DNA from: Candidatus Tayloriibacteriota bacterium
GTDB lineage: Bacteria; Patescibacteriota; Minisyncoccia; Phycocordibacterales; PALSA-1337
Direction: 5' to 3'
Assembly: GCA_037144235.1 (NCBI GenBank)
Contig: JBAWXC010000001.1
Location: 1 to 29,806, forward strand
DNA: 29,806 nt
The translations under genes were made by a program, and so were the position numbers. Positions 8,626 to 15,117 of the stretch are shown here, piece by piece. Positions within the stretch are counted from its first letter, which is position 1. The number at the start of each line of letters is the position of its first letter. The notes under the pieces are model-generated. The model did not search any database. It had not been told where the DNA came from and saw nothing but the letters and a program-made list of their open reading frames with translations.

Positions 8626-9273
8626 ATGGACTATCTTCACTGGGATGAAAAAGTAATAACTAACTTCTCTGACATAGCAATTTCTGATTTGTATGCACGA
8701 GGATATGTCTTCACGCGCATCGGCAAAGGTGCGATGCAACAAACACGCTCATCACGTATCGATTTGTCAGCATTTGAACTCACGAGTGAAAATAGACGTA
8801 TCTTGAAAAAAGTCTCAGATCTTACTCTCAAAGAAAACCTTATTCCCTACGCAGGATATGATTTTACTATCGGCAAACTCGGCAAGGATTTTTATGACAC
8901 CAAGTTTGGTTCAGGAATTATGAGTGCTCAAAAGATCAAAGAAATGATGACTGATTCAGCAAAGAGCAACTTCACAACACTTATCACCTACGGCGTAACT
9001 GGTCATGTGATCGGATACGTCATCACGTACAAAAATAAAGATATAATGCATTATTCATATCCATTTTATGATCTCACTGCCTCAAAGGATACTGGCCTCG
9101 GCATGATGACTCAAGCTATTCAACACGCCAAAGAACAAGGTTTGAAATATATATATCTCGGCTCTCTCCAACGCCCGAGTGATACCTACAAACTCCAATT
9201 CAAAGGACTTGAATGGTTCGATGGAACTTCATGGAAAACAGATCTTGAAGAAGTAAAGAATATCTTGAAATAA
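8626..9273 (+). CDS. ATE/Bpt-like aminoacyl-tRNA-dependent transferase (GNAT-like fold), cysteine-free
   Basis: MDYL...LYARGY...SRIDLSAFELTSENRRILKK..DL matches the ATE_N pattern. YSYPFYD...GLGMM...A...GLKYIYLG...TYKLQF..LE...W matches ATE_C. ATG lies 1 nt after the mraY stop. Confidence 0.75.
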   Translation: MDYLHWDEKVITNFSDIAISDLYARGYVFTRIGKGAMQQTRSSRIDLSAFELTSENRRILKKVSDLTLKENLIPYAGYDFTIGKLGKDFYDTKFGSGIMSAQKIKEMMTDSAKSNFTTLITYGVTGHVIGYVITYKNKDIMHYSYPFYDLTASKDTGLGMMTQAIQHAKEQGLKYIYLGSLQRPSDTYKLQFKGLEWFDGTSWKTDLEEVKNILK

Positions 9274-9274
9274 C

Positions 9275-10693
9275 ATGTCTCAACCCCTCCCAAAACATGT
9301 CCACGTCATCGGTATCTGCGGTGTCGCCACCAGCGCTCTCGCAATCGCTTTCAAAGATGCCGGCGTCATCGTAACTGGTTCTGACAAAGGATTCTTTCCC
9401 CCTGTTTCAACAGAGCTAGAAAAACACAATATCTCTTTTTATGCAGGATGGCATCCAGAATTGATGATTAAAGACGGGGTCCCTGACGTCATTATTGTTG
9501 GCACCGCATCTGGTAGTAACAATCCTGAGACTATATACGCCAAAGAACATGCTATTCCTATGTATTCTTTCGCTGAAGCAATTGGCACATTCTTTTCCAA
9601 GAAAAATTCAATCGTCTGTGCAGGAACATGGGGCAAGACATCCTCATCGGCACTTCTTTCTTACATCCTTATCCATGCACAATTCAAACCAACGTATATG
9701 TTTGGCGGTGTTTCTCTTTCTCATGAAGCATCCGCTCAACTCACTGACAGTGACTGGAGTGTGTTCGAAGGTGATGAATACAAGAGTGGACCAACTGATC
9801 CAACTGCAAAATTCTTCTATTACAAACCGACTCACCTATTGTTGAGTGCGGTGTCATGGGATCATGCAGATCTGTATCCAACAGAAGAATCCTATTTTCA
9901 GATATTCAAAAAGCTTCTTGCGCAAATTCCCCAAGATAGTTTCATCGTCGGCTGCGCAGATCATATGGGTGCCATGAGTCTCTTGAATAATTTTACTGGC
10001 AAAAAAATCCTCTACGGCCACGAAGGAACAAAAGATGCTACCTATACCTACAGTAATGTAATCCAAACACAACATGGTCTCGATCTCGAAATCCAAAACC
10101 AAACCAATCATTGGCATATCCATTCCCCTATGTTAGGAACGTATCAAGCAGAAAATATTACTGGGTGTTTCGCTATGGCCATGGAACTCGGAGTAAGTCC
10201 GGAGAAAATTGTAGAGGCAATCGGTTCATTCAAGGGACTCAAACGTCGTCTCGAAAAACGCCTCGATGGTGACATATCTATATTCGACGATATTGCACAT
10301 TCTCCTGAAAAAGCTTCGTCTGTTCTCCATACTCTCCGTCAGATTTATGAAGGAAAAATCATTACTATATTCGAACCGAATATTGGCGGACGTGAGCGTG
10401 AATCTGCTGCAAAATATGATAATGCATTCAAAAACTCAGATGTCGTTATTATTCCTCGTCTCACCAAACTCAAAGTTGCACACGATGAACAAGAACAACC
10501 AATGGATGGATCTGCATTGGCAGATGTGATCAAACGTACTCACAATAATGTAGTGCACATAGACAACGATGAAGAACTCGTTTCATTCTTGAAATCACAT
10601 ACTACAAAAGGCGATGTGATCGCCTTTCTCGGAAGTCATGGGTTCAGAGGAATGATAGAGGAAACAGTGAAAATGTTAAATTTTCAAGGTTAA
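9275..10693 (+). CDS. mpl: Mur ligase of the Mpl/MurC group (Mpl-like murein peptide ligase)
   Basis: HVIGICG, VTGSDKGFFPPVST, AGTWGKT, EGDEY, KFFYYKP, WDHADLY, GLKRRLE, DDIAHSP and IFEP. The GICG, GSD..x.PP and KF..Y.P motifs resemble Mpl more than MurC. Confidence 0.75.
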   Translation: MSQPLPKHVHVIGICGVATSALAIAFKDAGVIVTGSDKGFFPPVSTELEKHNISFYAGWHPELMIKDGVPDVIIVGTASGSNNPETIYAKEHAIPMYSFAEAIGTFFSKKNSIVCAGTWGKTSSSALLSYILIHAQFKPTYMFGGVSLSHEASAQLTDSDWSVFEGDEYKSGPTDPTAKFFYYKPTHLLLSAVSWDHADLYPTEESYFQIFKKLLAQIPQDSFIVGCADHMGAMSLLNNFTGKKILYGHEGTKDATYTYSNVIQTQHGLDLEIQNQTNHWHIHSPMLGTYQAENITGCFAMAMELGVSPEKIVEAIGSFKGLKRRLEKRLDGDISIFDDIAHSPEKASSVLHTLRQIYEGKIITIFEPNIGGRERESAAKYDNAFKNSDVVIIPRLTKLKVAHDEQEQPMDGSALADVIKRTHNNVVHIDNDEELVSFLKSHTTKGDVIAFLGSHGFRGMIEETVKMLNFQG

Positions 10694-10762
10694 AGGTTAA
10701 AGTCCCCAAACCAAACGAAGATCTAGGTCTAATTGAAAATTTGACCTTTAACCTTGAAAATT
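10679..10762. repeat. Inverted repeat A of the TTTTCAAGGTTAAA family (23-bp arms, 22/23 match)
   Basis: AATTTTCAAGGTTAAAGGTTAAA (10679-10701) / TTTGACCTTTAACCTTGAAAATT (10740-10762). It lies between the convergent stops of mpl and the small Zn-ribbon gene. Confidence 0.9.
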
Positions 10763-10765
10763 GGC

Positions 10766-10939
10766 TTATTTTCCTTCATCAACAATCTCAGTCTTGACTG
10801 CCCCATCAGAAGCAATCTCTTTGATCGCGAGTGTCATACCGCAATGATTGCACTCGATCACCATACCAATGGCGAGATTCTGATATTTTGAAGTATCAAC
10901 AGTATTTTTACATTCAGGACATACACACGTTGTTTTCAT
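10766..10939 (-). CDS. LysW-like zinc-ribbon protein (57 aa; putative carrier protein) ending in -IVDEGK
   Basis: Below the length cutoff of the ORF track. Hand translation: MKTTCVCPECKNTVDTSKYQNLAIGMVIECNHCGMTLAIKEIASDGAVKTEIVDEGK. It has CPEC...G..I.C..CG..L spacing like LysW and a canonical promoter upstream. Confidence 0.8.
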   Translation of the reverse strand: MKTTCVCPECKNTVDTSKYQNLAIGMVIECNHCGMTLAIKEIASDGAVKTEIVDEGK

Positions 10940-10999
10940 AGATAAATAGATTAGTAGATAATGATGTGAATAAATAACAAAACGGCTATATAACCGTAC

Positions 11000-11033
11000 T
11001 TCACATAGTACCCAAAAAATAGTAGGATGACAA
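11000..11033. promoter_or_regulatory. Overlapping divergent sigma70-type promoters
   Basis: Minus strand: TTGTCA (11028-11033)-N17-TACTAT (11005-11010) toward the LysW-like gene. Plus strand: TTCACA (11000-11005)-N17-TAGGAT (11023-11028) toward the PLP enzyme. Confidence 0.6.
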
Positions 11034-11035
11034 TA

Positions 11036-11108
11036 TCAAGTTTCAAGGTTAAATTCCAAAGGTTAAATTATTTTTGACTTTAATTGAAAATTTAACCTTG
11101 AAAATTGA
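11036..11108. repeat. Inverted repeat B of the TTTTCAAGGTTAAA family
   Basis: TTTCAAGGTTAAATT (11041-11055) / AATTTAACCTTGAAA (11089-11103) is a perfect 15-bp pair, extendable to 19/20. It ends 6 nt before ATG 11115. Confidence 0.9.
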
Positions 11109-11114
11109 ACATTT

Positions 11115-11987
11115 ATGTCAACTCCCCTCGAATCATACCCTGAGCTTGCCCGAGCTATCGGCGTGCCAACTCTCTACTTCAAGCGAGATGATCTTCATGA
11201 ATATGGTTCTCACAAAGGCCGTTCCATTCCTGTCATGATAGATTTGTACTATGCATCTGGTGACAGAGAATTCGTCATCTCTTCTTCTGGAAATGCTGCC
11301 CTCGCCGCTGCTCTGTATATCAAAGAGCTTAACAATCGTTCAGATGAAAAAGCTTCTCTTGATATCCTTGTCGGTATCCATATCGCCCCACACAAGCTAG
11401 AAAAGCTCAAAAAGCTCGAGGACAAGTATATACGCATTTTGAGCAAAGAACGCCCTCTACAGGCCATTTTACAGGCTACAGACGAAGGTAAACGCAGCCT
11501 TCGACAGTCTACCGATGATACTGCCCTTATAGGGTACGAATCTCTCGCACAAGAGCTTCTCGATATCAAAAATCTCGGGGCTGTATTTATCGGGACTTCT
11601 TCAGGTACAACTGCTCAAGCACTCGCATCCTATTTCGCCACTCACAAACATCCAGTTCAAGTTCACATTGTACAAACATCTTCATGCCACCCTCTTTCTG
11701 ATACATATAGCGTATATGATGGACCAGAAGAACGTTCAATTGCCGATGCGATCGTAGACATTACTGCGCACAGAAAAAAATATCTCCTTCCTCTCATAGA
11801 AAAAACGGGAGGATATGGTTGGGTGGCAACCAATGAACAGATCGAAGCTGCTCAGACTATTGTTTGGGACAATGAACAACTCGAAATTTCTACGAACAGT
11901 GCCCTTTCAGTCGCAGGACTGATGCAAGCGGTCTATACCGGACGAGAAATCACCGGTGCAGTTGTGTGTATGATTTGTGGAGAGTGA
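11115..11987 (+). CDS. PLP-dependent enzyme, fold type II (threonine synthase/cysteine synthase/Ser-Thr dehydratase superfamily)
   Basis: LYFKRDDLHEYGSHKGR (Schiff-base Lys), SSSGNAALA, GTSSGTT (phosphate loop) and STNSALSVAG. Catalytic core only. Confidence 0.88.
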   Translation: MSTPLESYPELARAIGVPTLYFKRDDLHEYGSHKGRSIPVMIDLYYASGDREFVISSSGNAALAAALYIKELNNRSDEKASLDILVGIHIAPHKLEKLKKLEDKYIRILSKERPLQAILQATDEGKRSLRQSTDDTALIGYESLAQELLDIKNLGAVFIGTSSGTTAQALASYFATHKHPVQVHIVQTSSCHPLSDTYSVYDGPEERSIADAIVDITAHRKKYLLPLIEKTGGYGWVATNEQIEAAQTIVWDNEQLEISTNSALSVAGLMQAVYTGREITGAVVCMICGE

Positions 11988-11997
11988 AGAAATTTAC

Positions 11998-12453
11998 AAT
12001 TTTCAAGGTTAAAGGTTCAATTAATCACACAGTTGATTTTGATGAGCGAATTATCTTGGAGAAGATCAATAAGAGTTCACCTGCTTCTTTCCATAGAATG
12101 ACAAGATTGTCTCTATGACTAGGATTTGATGTAGCGATTAAGCGTAACCAATGCTTTGTCTCACGTATCTCTTTCTTGGCAATAGATACTTTGTGAATAA
12201 AATCTTTTTTACTTTCAGCTTCAATGGCTTCACAATAATTTGCCCCTATTGAGCCAGATGAACCAACAACTTGTTCAATCAATCTACAATTAACTGAATC
12301 TATTTTTATTGATCGAACAAAATGAATAACTTGCTCAGCAAATTTGGCAGTCCTGTCTTCCAAATCGTATTTCTGTTTTTTATTCTCCATAGATAATATG
12401 CCAGCAAAAAATTGCCTTAATTATTTATAATTTAGCCTTTAACCTTGAACATT
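11998..12453. repeat. Inverted repeat pair C bracketing the four-helix-bundle gene
   Basis: AATTTTCAAGGTTAAAGGTT (11998-12017) / AGCCTTTAACCTTGAACATT (12434-12453), 18/20 match, plus an extra TTTAACCTT unit at 12452-12460. Confidence 0.85.
12025..12390 (-). CDS. Four helix bundle protein (23S rRNA-IVS / Avd-like family)
   Basis: YDLEDRTAKFA...QVVGSSGSIGANYCEA..AESKKDFIHKVSIAKKEIRETKHWLRL...EAGELLLIF. Confidence 0.92.
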   Translation of the reverse strand: MENKKQKYDLEDRTAKFAEQVIHFVRSIKIDSVNCRLIEQVVGSSGSIGANYCEAIEAESKKDFIHKVSIAKKEIRETKHWLRLIATSNPSHRDNLVILWKEAGELLLIFSKIIRSSKSTV

Positions 12454-12459
12454 TAACCT

Positions 12460-13779
12460 TTATAGACCTCTCACCGCTTTCACAAACCTTTCCCCTCTTT
12501 CCTTACGTGAACGGTCGAAACCACCAGCTTCAAATCCTGGACTAAAAAGTACTTTGTCACCTGGCTGCGCATGTTCATACGTAAGAATAGTTGCTTCTTC
12601 AAGAGATTGAACTGTAGTGATCTTTACATCTTGAATGGATTGAAGGGTGAGACGTTCCTTCATCGTGCCACTTCCTGGGAGAAGAATGACTTCCTTTACA
12701 TGTGTAGGTAACAAACCGTACAACACTCCATATTCACATCCTGTATCTACCCCACCAAATACGAGAATAGTATTTTGGGCTGATCCAAAAGTTTGTACTG
12801 CTGACTCAGTCGAATATGAACATATCGAAGCTGTGTCATTGTAGAACTCAATATGTTTTACCTTTTTGATAAATTCAAGTCTTCCCTTAAGTGCTTTCCA
12901 TGATTCGAATAGAGACTGAGCTGTTTCATCAGGAACTTTGAATAATCGTGCAGTCTGAAATGCGAGCGCAGCATTGTCACGATCATGTGAAGCACGAGCA
13001 TTGGGCAACCATGCTTCAGGGACCAACGATCTCTTGGTACGCAACATCTTTGCTTTGGGCTGGAATTTCATGCGATGTGTTGCATCGATCACTTCATCAG
13101 AAGCAACGATGAAATTGTTGTACGTCTGATATGTCACAATCTCAAACGGATTGGTGAAGTATGCTCCCTTTGGTGGAATAGTCGTGAATATTGCCACGTG
13201 CGGACTGATACGCATCTCGAACAATTCTTTCATGATCAGATCGACGATGCGAATGAGAATAATGTCTCCGCTTTTTGCCTTTTTGAGATGTGACAACGTG
13301 CCCAGAGCTGTCTCTGGATCAATCACAAAGAATCCCTGCCCTTCATGTGCATCACATGCACTCTGGAGCAATGGTTCGAGCATAGAGACAACCGTCGCCT
13401 TGCCACATGACCCCATCACACCTACGACGGTAAGTGGTGGAGCGAGTTTGAAGAATAATGTTTCTGGATATTCAATCTGTATCTTTTTTTCTTGAGCAAC
13501 TTTGAGGAAACGAGAGGTGCGTGGATATTCATGCGAAAGGATGATGAGATCCATATCGAGAAGATCGTCCGCAGGGATAGAACCGCACACATAGTTTGCC
13601 AAGCCGATTGAACGCAAGAATACGAGATGATTTTTGAGACGTGCTTCACTGCGCACATCATACACAGCCACCAAAGCACCTGCTTTTATCAGGAATTTGA
13701 TGTCAGTGATCATTTCTCCATGGGGACCAAGGCCGATCACAGCCACACGTTTTCCTTTGAAATAGTCCCGGGAAGTCAT
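12460..13779 (-). CDS. murD: MurD-like ligase with degenerate catalytic motifs
   Basis: GKRVAVIGLG, LIILS, GVMGSCGKATV, WKALKGRLEF, FYND and VLFSPG...ERGERF give the MurD architecture, but several key motifs are substituted. Confidence 0.8.
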   Translation of the reverse strand: MTSRDYFKGKRVAVIGLGPHGEMITDIKFLIKAGALVAVYDVRSEARLKNHLVFLRSIGLANYVCGSIPADDLLDMDLIILSHEYPRTSRFLKVAQEKKIQIEYPETLFFKLAPPLTVVGVMGSCGKATVVSMLEPLLQSACDAHEGQGFFVIDPETALGTLSHLKKAKSGDIILIRIVDLIMKELFEMRISPHVAIFTTIPPKGAYFTNPFEIVTYQTYNNFIVASDEVIDATHRMKFQPKAKMLRTKRSLVPEAWLPNARASHDRDNAALAFQTARLFKVPDETAQSLFESWKALKGRLEFIKKVKHIEFYNDTASICSYSTESAVQTFGSAQNTILVFGGVDTGCEYGVLYGLLPTHVKEVILLPGSGTMKERLTLQSIQDVKITTVQSLEEATILTYEHAQPGDKVLFSPGFEAGGFDRSRKERGERFVKAVRGL

Positions 13780-13785
13780 ACGAAT

Positions 13786-13794
13786 AATATAGCA
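13786..13794 (-). promoter_or_regulatory. Extended -10 (TGcTATATT) of the murD-like gene
   Basis: Ends 6 nt before ATG 13779. Confidence 0.55.
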
Positions 13795-13823
13795 CGTTTT
13801 TGTACCACATCACCAAACAATAA

Positions 13824-14204
13824 CTATTTTAATCCACTGGTGATAAGTTTTTTGATCTTCAGCAATTCTTGTAATAATGCCTGCAACTTGATCGAATCTT
13901 CAGATGAAACATCAGCTTGCATTATGAAACTCGAAAACTTCTTCAAAAACACGTTGTGAATGTCATGAAAATACTGTTCCAACACTTTTGTTTCATGCTC
14001 AGAATATACTATACGAGTATTTCTTCGGGCTGGACTGTCGAGTGCTCGCAATACTTCATTGGGTCGACGAATCCCTTCATAGACAATTGAATAATGGTTG
14101 AGAACTCCTTCGAGTGAAGGAGATATAAGTTGATAGTCACGCATGGTGGAAGGAGGTAAGAGGTATGAAATAAGAGATAGGAATATCCTATGTTCGTACC
14201 TCAT
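13824..14204 (-). CDS. Hypothetical protein (126 aa; start uncertain)
   Basis: Fills the gap between radC and the murD-like gene on the same strand, with an amphipathic helical C-terminus. No family recognised. Confidence 0.55.
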   Translation of the reverse strand: MRYEHRIFLSLISYLLPPSTMRDYQLISPSLEGVLNHYSIVYEGIRRPNEVLRALDSPARRNTRIVYSEHETKVLEQYFHDIHNVFLKKFSSFIMQADVSSEDSIKLQALLQELLKIKKLITSGLK

Positions 14205-14224
14205 AGCTCTTAGCTCGTTTTATG

Positions 14225-14959
14225 TTAATAATTAGCATTCACACTCTGGAATGTATCTGCGGTAACAATGATATGATCGAGGACACGAATACCGACGATC
14301 TTGCCTGCATTGATGAGTTGTTCAGTAACTGCGATATCTTCTGCAGAAGGAGTAACTTCTCCTGAAGGATGATTGTGAGCAAGAATGACTGCTACAGCGT
14401 TGCACTCGATAGCGATACGGAAAATCTCACGTGCATGAACGATGTTCGCATTGACAGTGCCGATAGATATGACTTCATCGCGAATGATCTTGTTGTGTCC
14501 ATTCAAGTACAACCCTCTCAACTGTTCACGAGGAAGTTGTCTCATGTCTGCGAGATACGTATACGCATCCTGTGCATTGCGAATCGTGGTAAATCCATAA
14601 CTTCCTTGATTGTAGAGTCTGCGATACAACTCCCCTGCAGCCACGATAGTACACGCTTTGACTATCGGTATACCGAGGTCGTGTGTGAGTTTTTCTGGGT
14701 TACGTTCTGCGAAGATATTCTTTTCTCCGTATTCCTTGACGATACGTGAAGCCATTTCGAGAACATCTTCTTTGATCGTACCAGTCACCAGCAAAAGCGC
14801 TGTCAATTCTTTGACTGAAAGAGCTTCTGGCCCTTGGGCAAGAAGTTTTTCACGTGGCTTTTCGTCCGAAGGCAGGTCTCGGAGCATGAGTGGATACTCA
14901 CGCACCGATCGGTCGAGAAACAACGTTGTCTCAGGAATTATATACATGCTCTTTTGCAT
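14225..14959 (-). CDS. radC: RadC family JAB-domain protein (full length)
   Basis: DLPSDEKPREKLLAQGPEALS..EL..LL, EQLRGLYLN and HNHPSGEVTPSAED...G..VGIRVLDHIIV. Confidence 0.95.
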   Translation of the reverse strand: MQKSMYIIPETTLFLDRSVREYPLMLRDLPSDEKPREKLLAQGPEALSVKELTALLLVTGTIKEDVLEMASRIVKEYGEKNIFAERNPEKLTHDLGIPIVKACTIVAAGELYRRLYNQGSYGFTTIRNAQDAYTYLADMRQLPREQLRGLYLNGHNKIIRDEVISIGTVNANIVHAREIFRIAIECNAVAVILAHNHPSGEVTPSAEDIAVTEQLINAGKIVGIRVLDHIIVTADTFQSVNANY

Positions 14960-14965
14960 GTCTGA

Positions 14966-14974
14966 ATTATATCA
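14966..14974 (-). promoter_or_regulatory. Extended -10 (TGaTATAAT) of radC
   Basis: Ends 6 nt before ATG 14959. A TTGACA at 14986-14991 is only 14 nt from the -10 hexamer. Confidence 0.6.
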
Positions 14975-14989
14975 GAGTTAAGTAGTGTC

Positions 14990-15110
14990 AAGCAAAAGTA
15001 ACATATGCACAGTATGAGGACACTGCGAGCGCGACTGGCGCGACGCACTAGGAATTTTTCAGCAGAAAAATATCCGCGTCCTCATACTGTGCATATGTTG
15101 CTTTTTGCTT
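14990..15110. repeat. Long inverted-repeat element with an internal hairpin
   Basis: AACATATGCACAGTATGAGGAC (15000-15021) / GTCCTCATACTGTGCATATGTT (15078-15099) is a perfect 22-bp pair, extendable to ~32 bp with one G-U pair and one bulge. The loop holds ATTTTTC-AGCA-GAAAAAT. Confidence 0.93.
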
Positions 15111-15117
15111 CTACCGA

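Noticed and set aside
10766-10939. LysW-type lysine/arginine biosynthesis operon
   Set aside because: No lysZ/Y/J/K-like genes are nearby and the essential C-terminal Glu is absent. Reported instead as a variant carrier candidate.
12025-12390. Four-helix-bundle gene as the avd of a diversity-generating retroelement
   Set aside because: No reverse transcriptase and no template/variable repeat pair with adenine-specific mismatches in the window.
10679-12460. TTTTCAAGGTTAAA repeats as a CRISPR array or IS ends
   Set aside because: The copies alternate in orientation, spacing is irregular, genes lie between them, and there is no cas or transposase gene.
14966-14991. Perfect TTGACA and TATAAT upstream of radC as a canonical -35/-10 pair
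   Set aside because: The spacer is only 14 nt, so only the extended -10 was kept.
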